Source of the DNA: Nemertoderma westbladi
Lineage: Eukaryota > Animalia > Xenacoelomorpha
Assembly: GCA_032718475.1 (NCBI GenBank)
Contig: JAUCBJ010000743.1
Location: 1 to 36,612, forward strand
Length of the DNA stretch: 36,612 nt
Reading direction: 5' to 3'
Every line of letters begins with the position of its first letter. The first letter of the stretch is position 1. This document shows positions 1-13,017 of this stretch, piece by piece. Below the pieces are notes generated by a model. It did no database searches. It worked only from the letters and a program-made list of their open reading frames with translations, and was not told the origin of the DNA. A program made the translations under genes and the position numbers.

Positions 1-2764
1 CCTGTCACTAGTTCGAGACTTAAATTTACTTACGTCCTTAGGCACTTTGTTGACATAGTAAGATCTTTCGGTGTCTTTCCCGTTGCTCTCCTCTTGAGAG
101 GTCTGGCTTTCGCCGTCGTCTGTATAACAAACTGGTGTTACCTTTCTCCTAGAAACGGGTTTTTCACTTACCTTATTTTCCGGTGTCTTCTCTCTGGACT
201 GCTTTAGGAGCTGTAATTTTACCTCTCCATCTAAGAATGACATGAGATCAGCCATGGTAGGGTCTCTTCGTTGTTGTTCCATCATATATAGAACTCTTTT
301 GTCCCAACGAGTACCTACTCCACCCTTTGGCAAGGTAGATGCTACAGCTCCAATAACCATAGAACTCTGATACTCATGAGACTTACCTAGCCAATCTAAT
401 TGTCTACAAATCTCCTGGATCTCATCGGAAAATTCTATAATCCCGCTGCTAAGAAACTTTCGTGGCGCTACCAATTTCGCATACAAATACCTAGCTATGT
501 TATTCCTATTACCATACCTGATGTTTAGTGTATCCCAGACTTGTCTTAATCCATCTGGATGTCCAATAAACTTTAATGCCATTAACTTGGGAGATCCTTC
601 CAAGCACTTGATGAGGAATCTAAGTTTCTCTCCGTTAGATAGCACAGAGTTCTGTATGTTATCTTTACAATATTCATTAAAAGGTAACCATTTCATCTCA
701 TCTCCGTTGAACTTGACGATCTCTCCCACCTTTACCGCTTGTCGGGCTTCGGTTCTAGCCATTTGATGCGTAAAACTTTCTTGGGCCATCGTATTATTTA
801 ATATCGAGTTATCGGTATAAATTTCTCGGATTAGGATCAGGTCTATATGGGATATCATTATCAACAGGTTTATCGTTACCCTTAATAGGGTTTACTATAG
901 GAGTTTCTACTTCACTAGCAGTATAGATGCGTGTAGGCTCCACACCTTGCGCATGAAATACTTCAGACCTAACAGGTTGACACATTGTTACAGGGGGTGG
1001 TGTTATACCCCTTTGTATATTTACTAATTTATCGCGTTCTAACGCGATACTCTGCTGCACTTCTTGCAGTTCTAACCTACCCTCTCTTACTGTTCCCTTT
1101 AACTGCTGCACAGTCCCTTCCATTTCTCGGACTGGGGGCAAATTAGGCAATTTCTGATGGTGAGGCGTTCTTCTACGTCTGCTGGAACGAGATCTATTTC
1201 CTCCACCTTCAGGATCTGTTGTATCACCTTCATCAGATGATGTAAATCCCTGTCTCTTGGGAGTAGATCGACTTATCATCTGCATATACTTAGCTGTTCT
1301 TTGTTTATTGAAGTGGTCTTGCTTCTCTTGAAGATTTTCCAACTCTAGTTGGACTGTCTCTTCAGATGCTCTCCGTTCTGCTGCTGCCACCGCCTCTGCT
1401 GCTTTTCTTTCCGCTTCTGCCGCTGCTACCTTTCTTTCAGCCTCTGCCTCTGCCTCTTTTCTTTCTGCTTCTGCCGCTGCTACCTTTCTTTCAGCCTCTG
1501 CCTCTGCCTCTTTTCTTTCTGCCTCTGCCGCTGCCACTGCAGCTGCTGCTTTTCTTTCAACTTGTGCCGCTGCCGCTGCTGCTGTCTTTCTGTCTTCTAT
1601 CCGTTTTTTCTTTAATTGTTCTCCCTGTTCCCTAGCGATAAGGATGCTTTCATCAAATTTAGCCTGTTCTACGGCTAACATTTCCGCATCCAATGCGTCT
1701 AACACAAATTTGGCTCCCTCACTAGTAGGATGAAGTCCAGATAGTCGTCTCCTTAGCTCTTCGTCGCCTATAAATCGTTGATAGTCCGACAGATAGATGT
1801 CAATGGTGTCCTTCTTCTGAGGTTTCTCTAATGTAACCTCGCTTTCCACCTGAGAAAAGGTAGCGTCTGTTGATTCTCCGTGGGTCGAGCGCTCAGTTAG
1901 CTGAATTTTCCATTGGGTAGTCCCTTGGACTTTAAGACTCACCCGTTGGAACCAGGTCTTTACGGCAACTTGCAACGATGTGTCTTGGCTTCTTTTCGAG
2001 GCTTCCTCAAAGGCCGATAGTATTAGTCGGATTCTTAAGATACGTTCTCGAACTTGATAAAGCAGCTCTCCCTGCTGTTGAGGTCCTTGGGGTTGTTGAA
2101 ACAGTTGTTCTTCCAATCACTCCAAAGAGCTGAAGAATCCATGTACATATCCTGCTGCCGACCTCTTCCACACAACTGGATCTCTAGTGTCCTTTAGCAC
2201 TCCCATCCTGTATAAGTCCTCCCAGGCAGCTTCCGACAAATTAAACGGGAGTCCGGGTCCGGGGAAGTTCCATTGCGTCTCGACAATAGACTTCAGTTCC
2301 TCTATTGTGTATCCCACATAACTGACCTTGGTCGATCACTTACTTCTCGCCCAATCAATTTGGTGTTCCTCCACCGCAATCAATACTCTAGTGAGTACGG
2401 CTTCAGGAAGAATGAGAAGTGGATCCGAATAAACTGCATCTGCCATCTTTGCTCCGCGCTCGGGTGTCAACTCTACCGTATCTGAGCTACCGGAGCTATC
2501 GGGCCGCTGAGAAATAAGTTCTCGGCTCGGGTGTTGCTGCTGTTTAACAGCTGCCTCTTGGTCCCGCTTGACTTGAGCCCGAGTGCCTATGATAGACCTA
2601 CGGTGCTTTACTAGCCTAGGGTCTGATACTACTACTGAAGGGATGACTTTTCTTACAGTAGGAGGGGACTTGAACTTCGGTCTCAAGCGTTTGGTACTCC
2701 TGTCGGAGTCGCATACTGTTCTTTCTAGGAGACTATCTGACAGAGTTTGCTTTGGGTCAGCCAT
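1..2764 (-). pseudogene. Bel/Pao LTR-retrotransposon Gag-like ORF, disrupted, running off the left window edge
   Basis: ORFs 2336-2764, 2117-2317 and 809-2116 share one frame, split by two TGA codons. A +1 frame, open from ~890 to base 1, reads KFNGDEMKWLPFNEY...LSNGEKLRFLIKCLEG...VWDTLNIRYG...PTMADLMSFL, the pattern of the Bel/Pao Gag DUF1759 region. Confidence 0.85.
1390..1540 (-). repeat. 54-bp coding tandem repeat (AAAEAERKEAEAEAERKV), coiled-coil-like, inside the Gag
   Basis: An 18-aa unit occurs twice plus partial copies in the 809-2116 translation. Confidence 0.85.
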
Positions 2765-2897
2765 GTTTGATTGTACAGTTGAATGCCTACTACTATAACG
2801 ACAGTTAAAGCAAGTCTAGTAATTCAGTATCAACTGTTAGCCTAGTAATTAATTACCGATATCGTTACTTAATGTAACGCGATATATATAATATATT

Positions 2898-3155
2898 AGA
2901 ATACCGGTATACACTTATAGTATATATATAAGTATTATTACAGACTAGGTTTTGTCACAGAATACCGGTATATAATTTCAGCACAAATATATATAAATGT
3001 ATAATAAGCCTCCCATGAATACCGGTATACAGCTTACACCTATAGTATATATAAGTATAATTATAGACTAGAATTAATTACAGAATACCGGTATATAATT
3101 TCAGCATAAATTTATATAAATAAATATAATAAGCCTATAGTAAATACCGGTATGT
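2898..3155. repeat. Degenerate ~120-bp direct duplication with five AATACCGGTAT motifs, probably in the retroelement leader
   Basis: 2898-3010 resembles 3017-3135. Confidence 0.7.
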
Positions 3156-4547
3156 CAATTATTTTAGAATAACTGAATTTCTGAATTTTAGGGTTACTTT
3201 TCTTTACTTTGTTACTGTTATTAAGCAGTAGTCCAACTGATATTAAGACCTAATTGATGTATGACAGGCCTATTATTTTATAAATCGGTTTGAGTTGATT
3301 TATAATATATATATACCCTGATAATGGGTTTTTGACAATATTTGAAATGAATGTTATTATTTCTGGTAAGGAGTCACTACACAGAAGCTGAACACTCTCA
3401 GTGAAGTGCTACTTGTTGGACACTAAAACAAATAATTCTACTTGACTAAGTTACTTATTACTACAAATTACGTACAATTACGGGGTGAGATTACAATCTC
3501 TAGATAAACACAAAAATTACACGCACAAATTTTAGGGTAATTTTACAGGAAATCTACAAACCAGCCTAACAAGGGGTTAGAATTTCTGGTTATTACAACG
3601 GACAGGATACTACGGTATTTGAAAATAATTAAGCAGTAGCAAATAAATTGCGTTGTCCAGATAAGAAAATACCACCGTCTGACGACTTATAGTCTTTAGC
3701 TGTACAGCTCTATAAGTACTACGTTATGTACCCGGTGTGTTCTTACCTAGAAGTTAATTACCGCAGCCAACCAGAGCTAAAGTGCCTATTAACCACTTTA
3801 CAACACAAATATACTGCCTACACCCTAATTACCTTCGGAAAGTATTGTACACTAAACCCTAAATTAGGTACAAATACTTATACAACAAATAACCAGCAGT
3901 TAAAAATACTTGTACAGCTAAAAGAACCACGGTATCTGCTGGAGTGACTAGAGCATAAAATCACCAGTCTTTACCTACGCCAAGCAGCCCTGATGTAGTA
4001 CCGGGGTTAATTTAACTATAATGGTATGTATAACAAGCACAATTACTGTAGGAATAAACTTGGGGATTTATGTATGTTGCGAATACTCGCATAGACTCTG
4101 AATAATAAATATCACGCTACCCGTACAGACTACACAAACAAAATACAGACCAAACGCTGGCAGACTACTATCAAGCCTAAATAAACTACAGTATATGCAG
4201 ACTCCGAAATGGTTAGTTAGTATGCGTTCTAACCGAGTAGTACGACTTATTCTTTCGGGCGGGATTTACCTTACAGCACTGAATGCCCCCACCTTCCTAA
4301 CTAGTACTTTATTGGACATACACTCTACACACACTGCAATCTCTTCAGACTCAACAACAGTCAGACAACAATCCAGCCTACAAATTATTTATACAATCTG
4401 AGCAGGCTTACACGCCTTCTGCTCAATATTACACTTACAAATAAATAAAACTGACAGAAATAAATAAGCTCTAAAAGAAACAAGGGGTGTACAGTCCCTA
4501 ATCTCTTAAACAGCCTACCAATATACAATATCACAATCGAAATAATA

Positions 4548-5836
4548 CTGGTACCGGTAAGTACCGGTTCGGGTGATTAGGTAGTTAGGCCTACAGGTTA
4601 CCGTCCGACCGGTACATTCGAATTTATTGTCTACGTGCAATCAAAACATTAAATCTATTACTGTTCGCGCTTTCAGACCTTTAGCAGTTTAACCTGCCAA
4701 TTTTAGGTGTCCTCTTGTTTATACATCGACTTTAGCCTATAACAATTATTTAATGCATATGAAGTAACATTAGCCGAAGCCAGTCTATGCGCGACCATTC
4801 ACCCACTGTTAAGGGAGACTGGATTCGGATGCTTTGAAGTGATTGTGGTGCAGACCTACGGTATTATTCGATTGATAGTTACTATATAATCTCTGACAAT
4901 ATTATTCACTTTCGGGGAAATATTAACAGTTCCTTTAAGACGTGGCGCTTTAAGTATAAAACAGAGTTATGACTTATACTAAACACAACGAGATGGCTAT
5001 TGATTTTCGTAAATGGCGCATTCTTTAGAAGATTCTTTATTATCTGTCACACTGCTGCATACAACTGCACACTGATGCACACGGATCTGCCGACCGTCAC
5101 TGAATTTAATCATATATAATGAGGATAGCAACTGACACATGTAGGGATTATGAAATAGCATTTGACACACACTAAAACCACTGTAATGTAAGTCGCAATT
5201 GCTACCGGTAACCGGTCTCTCTAACCTTTAGTAATCAAGAAGATTGGGGTTTTATGATTATTTCTCGATATTCTCCGAATATAACAACATATCCATCAAC
5301 AGGTAACAATTAATAACCGACAGTAAATAGCAGTAAAATAATGCGGTGAAATTGGTGCAGACAGTTTGTTTGTGACCAATTTGTGTTTGGTTTGCAGGTG
5401 CAGGTAATAGATTTATGTTTTTATAATCAAAGCCGTCTAATGTTGGCCAAAGTCTGAAACTTCCAACACAGAAGTACAGAATCATTTCAAAGCAGTTGTT
5501 CTCGCTCAGAAAGGTAAACAAAGACCGTCATGCATTGCGCGATTTCCCGTAGGCTTCTGTGCAAAATAAAATGAAAATCGCTCTGATTGGTCGAGTGAGC
5601 CGAACAAAGAAAGTTAAGAAAGCTCCACATTGACATCAAATCAGCTGACAGATTTCGTCATCTGACTACACTGTATTAAGAGTATTTGGCGTATCGCGGC
5701 ATAAAATGGCTTGTTATGTCCGCTAAAACACCTACAGAGTACATTGCAGAGAAAATGGCTTGTTATGTCCGCTAAAACAACTAAACAGTTCATTGCGGAG
5801 AAAAAACGACTGGTTATATCCGCAAAAGCTTTTACA
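4548..5836 (+). mobile_element. Unclassified ~1.3-kb interspersed repeat, copy A
   Basis: Matches 34740-35958 in reverse complement over its length. Also matches 35959-36338 (direct) and 36338-36530 (inverted). No convincing ORF. Confidence 0.85.
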
Positions 5837-6279
5837 ATTGTTGTGTTTATGAATGTTAGTACTGTAGCCTATATTATTTGATGCATTCATATTAAATTTA
5901 TTTGGGGTAGAAATCCCAACTCTTTCAGTATTATTTAGAGTAGTTTAGAGTAATTTAGAGTATTGTTTAGAGGGGGGCAGGTGAAACTATCTCTATTATT
6001 CTAAAATTGTGGATTTCCGACGCATTGTATGCCATTCTTAAACAGCAACCGAGATAACAAACGTTGGTCTTGGGTGATATATCTGCACTTAGGTAAGAAA
6101 TAGTCGAAGTTTGTATCCTGGACTCTTTGATGTGGTGCGCCATAGAGAGTCGACTCAGTGGTGTTTGAGGTGATCTACAGTAGATAGATGGCTATGGATC
6201 TACTGCAGCTGCATCCAAACTACACACGTCCGGTCGCCCAGTATTAAGGGCAATCTTTGGGGTTGGCGTTGGACAAGTT

Positions 6280-6812
6280 ATGAGTACAAAATTGCAAGAT
6301 TTTCCGAATTAATGGTGTACTCAATTTAAAATGAGAACATAATATTGAATTAGTGAATCTTATAAAAATATGAGTAGAAAATTGGAAGATTTTCCGAATT
6401 AATGGTGTACTCAATTTAAAATGAGAACATAATATTGAATTAGTGACTCTTATAAAAATATGAGTAGAAAATTGCAAGATTTTCCGAATTAATGGTGTAC
6501 TCAATTTAAAATGAGAACATAATATTGAATTAGTGACTCTTATAAAAATATGAGTAGAAAATTGCAAGATTTTCCGAATTAATGGTGTACTCAATTTAAA
6601 ATGAGAACATAATATTGAATTAGTGACTCTTATAAAAATATGAGTAGAAAATTGCAAGATTTTCCGAATTAATGGTGTACTCAATTTAAAATGAGAACAT
6701 AATATTGAATTAGTGACTCTTATAAAATTATGAATACAAAAATTGCAGAATTTCCGAATTAATGGTGTACTTATTTTAAAATGAGAACACAATTCATTAA
6801 ATTAGTGACTCT
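6280..6812. repeat. 90-bp tandem repeat, ~6 copies
   Basis: The unit tgagtagaaaattgcaagattttccgaattaatggtgtactc... recurs every 90 nt. A related fragment lies at ~7950-8015. Confidence 0.95.
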
Positions 6813-8245
6813 TGTGGGGCGAGCGACGAAAGTAAGCGAGCTTAGCATACACTAACTCAATCGGTGTGTCTGCTGCTCTGTGATCTGTTGTTCTGTTGCT
6901 CTGTTGATCTGTTGTGTCCAATTTTAAACGTTAATAACTCAACCAAATCTCGATAAAATATATCCAAACTTGGTACATATATTATGTACTCTGGCAAAAG
7001 TTTAGAAATTTTCCAAGTTGAATTTGCGTAGCGTCTTCGTGCAGCATCTGTGTAAACTGTCTTGCAGTTATAATACATTTAATTACCCAAATATTATTAG
7101 GCTTGGAATCAGCTGGTTGCTAGGAGACTGCAGGATATATCAGGTGGGTTTGAAATTCAGCAATACCGGTACAATTCAGCAATTAATAAAGTGGCCTTGG
7201 AAAGTGTGGTAGGCCTATTTCACTTTCTTCAGCCATTCCAGCATTTCCAGATGGCAGAGTTTAGAGTATTCAGTTATTTGCGACTATTCAGCCATATCAT
7301 GTACCGGTACTGTACCTTAATCTTATTAAACATATGTTTTACAGTACGGTACCGGTACTGTTACATTAGTACAGAGTTACCGGCACCGGTACCGTCTTCA
7401 GGGCGTTGGCGCCACCCACCAATCGGCTCGGCGAAGGCAACCATGCAGCCATGTAAGTTTTGAAATTAGGCGGACTTAAGACTGATATTGTCAGGTTGTA
7501 CCAGGTGACCTTTATTCCATGTTCCGGTATCTACTACTGCACTAGGTACCCCAACAGCCCAATACTGCAATACCTAGCAACGTTTTGGAATTGTTCATGT
7601 ACTCAAACAACTCGTCATCAATGCCACCGCCTCTGTCTGTCGTTGGCGACCTCGACTTTTGGTATCGCTACTGCGCTAGTGCTACGGGCAAACTGAACTA
7701 ACCGATGAGCGAGACCCGAGGACTGAAGAATGCATTGAATTTTTTGAGTAGTTTGACTGTGGACTTCTATGACATCGATGCCAAGCTGCCAATGCGAAAG
7801 TTTTTTTTAAGTAAAAGTTTGGTTAAATTTTCTTAACTATTTATTTCAATTTTTTAAGTACCGATTTTTGGATAGAATTGCTCAATTTTAATACTGTATG
7901 TATCTAATAACTGACCCTCGTCCTGCGCGATATTCCCACGAACGTGTAAAAAATATGAGTACAAAATTTGTGTACTCATTATAAAATGAGAACGAAAGCA
8001 ATTGCATTAGTTACACAAACTAGAAATAAAAAAAATAACAAGAGTTATTAATATTATTATTATTATTATTTTCCTTAATAAAAATATGAGCAAATAATAA
8101 AATGGGGGTTAAATACTAAAAGTATCCCATATCATTTTACATAAGTATTATCAATAAATAGGCCCCTATATACAGTACTTACAGGTAGGCCTACACTTTC
8201 TTGTCAGGCTATAGTATGGGAGGGAGGGGGGGGGGGGGGGGGGGG

Positions 8246-8496
8246 CATGAGTTTCAAAAATATGAAAACGTGGGCGACTGATTTAGATTTCGGTTGAGAT
8301 TTCGAGAATAGGAAACCGAAATCTAAGAATTTGGCAAAAATTTAAGCCGAAAACTAAACAGAAATCCACTGTAACACAGAAATCCAAACCGAAATCTGGA
8401 CCAGTCGCCGATAATAGGCATACTCTATATAAACTCTAAATATGTCGCCGAGAATTAAAACCAGACGCCCACATTTTCATATTTTTGAAGCCCACG
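8246..8496. mobile_element. MITE-like element with ~35-bp terminal inverted repeats
   Basis: catgagtttcaaaaatatgaaaacgtgggcgactg is near-complementary to cagacgcccacattttcatatttttgaagcccacg. Confidence 0.8.
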
Positions 8497-9457
8497 GAGC
8501 TTCACACAGTATTGGGTGCACTCATAATCCGAGTGGTGAATGCTCTTAGGGTTGGGTTAACGGATGATGCACTCAATTATATTAGCTAATGGAGCATAAA
8601 ATTAGGTTATTTGTCAAGGGAATATCGATACACAGTTCCTATTCGGTATCGCCTAATTAAAGGATAACGCCTAACATTTGCACAATGCATTTGCATCCTC
8701 AATTAAAAATTAAAAAAGTTATTTTCGATGCTTCAGTGTTAGATCACATGCCCTGTAAGTTCACAATTGGAGAAACGCCGAACAATAACGGTGCGGTGAC
8801 AGTCACTCGCCAGATCCCTGTCAGTTGTCCGCCGACGGTGGATTGGGGAAAGGTTATGGAAAACAACGTTCTCAATTACTGGCAGTCGATTGACATTTTA
8901 ACATTACGAAATGATTGTACAGTATATATATTATAAGTGATAGAAACTGCACAAATTAAATTAGTTGCTGTATTAATACATGTAAAAATGACATAAATTA
9001 TGTTATAAATAAGTTTGCTTATATTTATGGTGGCGATTGGAGCCATGTTATAATAATATAACTACGCCCAACTGGTTATTAATAGCTATATCCCGCCTAC
9101 CGGTAGGTAATGCAGTAGGCCTATCTGGCTGTCAAGCAAATTTCCCCCTATTGTTTACGTGGTAACCAATGACTGCAATAAGTAATGTCCACTAAGGGGA
9201 CATTACTTAACGAATAACACCAAATACAATACTAAATGTAGGCCTACAGGCCAATACAATGTTGTAATGTCCTCTACAGTTGTAAAGTGCTAAATAACAA
9301 ATAACTGTTAATACTAACGGCGTTGAGTAATGTTACAATTTTGGAATAAAATGTTATGCATGTTGGCCATTTTTAAAAGTTTAATAGACTCCAATAGTGT
9401 AGTAGTTGTTCTCTCCTTTTCTCCTAATTTTGGCTAATATTTAATGAAAATGAAAAC

Positions 9458-10724
9458 GCCACTAATTGAATACCACCCCAAATTAAATGATTTCAGACCA
9501 AAAAAATTTATTTAGCACCAAATATATTTTTTTGTAGCGCCAATTTACATCCCCCAATTTTGAATATCTCTCTCACCAAAAACAATTATTCATCCCACAA
9601 AAACAATAATTTATCCCCAAAAACAATTATTAATCCCCCAAAAACAATAATTCCTCCCCAAAAAACAATTATCCACACCCCCAAAAACAATTATCCATCC
9701 CCCCAAAACAATAATTTATCCCCAAAAACAATTATTCATACCTCAAAAACAATTATTCATAACCCAAAAACAATTATTCTATCTCCCTAAAATAATTATT
9801 CAATCTCCCTAAAATAATTACTTGTCAAACCAAAAACAATTCTTTCAGCACCAAATATTTTATGGAAAATTTAATTATACAAATTCATTCATTATTTATT
9901 TCCATAAATCAAACAAAATGTTTAATCATAAGGGGCCTATTATACCGACGATCCTCGGATGAGTGCAAAACAAAGACCAAAGACCCAATTATAAAGACCT
10001 GCATAATCTTGAAACATGTTAACTTTCGTTTATTGTTTTGGTTCCCCCAACACGCCTCTGTAACCTGCTTCTCCTTTAAATGGTGATGGGACCTAAAGCT
10101 CTTTTGGGACATAACGCTCTTTTGGACCTAATACGACTTTACCTATTTGTTTTGTACAGAACGGGCAGTAACGTCTTGGGTCTTTGTTTTGTATTTACCC
10201 GACGATCCTCGTACCAATAGTCTGCAACTGAGAGTCTGTTTATTTTGGCAGAATATTTGATTATTTTGGGGGAATAAGTATTTATTTTGGGGGGTTATGT
10301 ATTTATTTTGGGGGAATATGTGTTTATTTTGGGGAATGTGTATTAAATTTATTTTGGGGGATTATGTATTTATTTTGGTGTAAAATGTATTTATGTTGGG
10401 AAAAGTTTCATTTTTTTGGGAAAATTTGTATTTATTTTGGTAAAATTTGTGTTTATTTTGAGGGTTTTGTACTTTATTTTGGTGTGAATAAATGGTTTTG
10501 TGGAGCATTTATTAATTTTGGTGTTTAATAATTGTTTTGGTGTTGAATACAGTAATTGTTTTTGGTGTTGAGAAATTTATTTTGGTGTTTGAATAATTTT
10601 ATTTGGGGTGACTTTAATTTATTTGTTGTTGAATAATTTTTTTGGGGTCGCAATATTTAATTTGGTGCAATATAATTTTTTTGATGAAATTTTCATCAAT
10701 TTTGGTATGACTTTAATTGGTAGC
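9458..10724. mobile_element. Foldback-like element with modular, internally repetitive inverted arms
   Basis: The left arm is built of ccccaaaaacaattatt-type units (9470-9860) and the right arm of complementary tatttattttgggg units (10255-10720). Confidence 0.7.
9946..10211. mobile_element. Small TIR element nested in the foldback centre
   Basis: cgacgatcctcggatgagtgcaaaacaaagaccaaagac is an imperfect inverted match to gtcttgggtctttgttttgtatttacccgacgatcctcg. Confidence 0.65.
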
Positions 10725-12120
10725 CAAATGAAAATAGTATGCCAGTCTGCAAACCAGTCTGTCAGCACTGCAGTAAGGCAGTATCCTGGTATCAATGGCT
10801 GTAGGTCATCTCTACCGGTATACAGTACAGCAGTACACCACACCAGTCCGAGTCCACTACAGCAATAAATGGACTACTAGCAGGCTACTACAGTACCAGC
10901 AGACTAGTGTAAGACAACTTTTTAATAATGCAGTAATCAGGTAATGGTACCTGGGTACAGGATGTATTTACCAAGGACTACCGGTACTATACTACAGGAC
11001 TGGCACACCCCTTCCCTAGCAGCCTAGCGAAGTCCATTCTGCCATTGGTTTGGTATTGCTTTACTATTACATTGTTATAGACATTGTTATCAAGAGGGTT
11101 TTCATGAAATTTAGTACATCACATTCGTAATTATTTGTAACATAATATATTTTGGTGTCAAGAAATAAAGGACGAGCGCAGCGAGGCTTGTAACAAAGGG
11201 GACGAGTGTTGTGTACTAACTATTCAATATAGTCTGACAGTCTGATAGTCTAGAACGACCGTGTTTAGTACATTGTGCGACATAACAACGATGTGAAAAG
11301 TATCCCTATTGGTAGGGGAATGTTGTGACACAGATGATAACGGACTCAACTAACGGTATATTGTCTCACCCCACAATATACATGGACCTCCCTCTCTCTA
11401 TATTCTTTATCTCTGGTCATTTACTATACTAAACAGCTAAAAAAAGTTCTCAAGCCAGGTTCCAGTTCCAGGTACCCCCCCCCCCCCCCCCCCCCCCCCC
11501 CAACTGCCTTTCTGATATTATTACTTTATAGGGCTATTATTATTAGGCACTTTATATTACTATTAGGTACTTACTTTACTGCTTTATATTACTAGTAGGT
11601 ACTCTATGTTATTACTTTATTATTTATTACGATAGCCGACCCAATATTCCCCACCCCAGAGTGAAAACACATCAATGGCCCCGATACGGGCTCTTCATTA
11701 ATATAATAATTAACTTCTGAACTTGTTCTGTTAGTAGTTTAGCCTAATGTCAGAATGTTGTAATACGGCACCTTCAGACCTTAAATACCTATTACCTGAT
11801 TACTGTATTATAGGTAACTAGTATAGTAGTTAATGTACAGATGTAGTAACTGTACTATTCCCCAGCGATATACCAGCGGTAGGACTATAACTAAACCAGT
11901 AAAACTGTCAATCTGTCTGTTTGTAGGTTAAGTATACACTCAGATACTGGTATAATAAATCATTCTACGGTAGCAGTTACAGCTTACAGCAATACCAGAA
12001 TACTGCAGTATGAAATGAATGGACTTCGCTAGCGAAGTCGGATCAGGCAGTATGCCATTCCTGTAGTATAGTAGTCCTTGCTATTTACTGATTTAATATT
12101 ACATTTTATATTCGAACATC

Positions 12121-13017
12121 ATGATTATTACATGTTTGTCTTTACCGGCTTTTGTCCGTCGTTATAGCGGTTCTCGGCAGTTTGGTTCCCGGCCTGGATT
12201 TATCTATCCAAACTGTAACGGCTCTTATTCACGGATTTACTCTAACTCTATTTTGAACACGTCAAAACCAACTTCCCGCAACCCCATAAATTTTTCCTAC
12301 AACAAAATCAATAAAAACTTGCGTAGATTTTATTCAGTAATCTACGCCTCCGATGGTAACGATAAAAAAGACAAGAAAGAAAAGCCTAAAGATGACTTAC
12401 AGGAGCAATTCGATAATCTCAAGAAAGTGTTAGACTCAGTCCTGGACACAGATAAACGTTCGGGTGGTGATGGTAAGAAGAGTGATCCACCGGAGGGTAA
12501 GCCTACCAACTGGGTTCCCATCATCTGCGCAAACGTTTTCATTCTATTGGTGTATCTTTTATATAATACATCTAGTGCCGGTCGCGGTAAGGAGATAACA
12601 TGGCAGGAACTCGTCTCGTATTACTTGACCGGCGGCCACGTCTCTGAGATAGTTATAGTGGACGGTAGTTGGGCTAAAGTGATCCTTAAAGACGCGCCCC
12701 CGAGTGGGGCACCCTGGTTCGGAATCGGTAGTCCCGAGATGTTCGAGCGGAGACTCGAGGAGGCCGAGAATCGTCTGGGAGTTCCGGTAGAATCTCGGGT
12801 TCATATCAGTCAGATTTCCACGCTGTGGAGCTCCGCTAAAAGCGTGGCGCCCGGGATGTTCTCCATGATTGTCTGGCTCGGGATTATATATTTGTTGTTT
12901 CCCGGGGTTTTCCGCTCTATGGGTATCGGGGGTACCGGGGGGAAGAAGACGGGGAGTCGGGGCGGTTTGTTCGGCGGGGGTATGGGGAATATGTTTGGCG
13001 TGGGACAGAATTATAAG
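12121..13017 (+). CDS. AFG3L2: m-AAA protease (AFG3L2-like), coding exon 1: targeting peptide, TM1, intermembrane-space domain, TM2, Gly-rich linker
   Basis: Arg/Ser-rich N-terminus lacking acidic residues; KEITWQE..YL..G.V and IGS.E.FERRLEEA motifs; two hydrophobic stretches; donor AAG|GTATGT, phase 0. Confidence 0.9.

Noticed and set aside
818-824. In-phase A AAU UUA slippery heptamer just before the Gag stop (minus strand)
   Set aside because: The -1 frame closes after 8 codons (TAA). The frame that continues into the Gag domain is +1, so a 1-nt insertion explains it better.
1349-1635. Cys-rich and Leu/Pro-rich + strand ORFs
   Set aside because: Reverse-strand shadows of the Gag coiled-coil repeat.
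3679-3705. Other CTGANGA matches (here, ~7723 and ~34590 minus)
   Set aside because: No stem II, GAAA or stem I pairing found around them.
2765-4547. 5' LTR and primer-binding site of the left Bel/Pao element
   Set aside because: No clear LTR end or PBS could be located, and the partner LTR would be outside the window.
6244-6792. 182-aa repetitive ORF, and similar ORFs at 9560, 23093, 28620, 30688 and 30715
   Set aside because: By-products of tandem repeats; no protein-family features.
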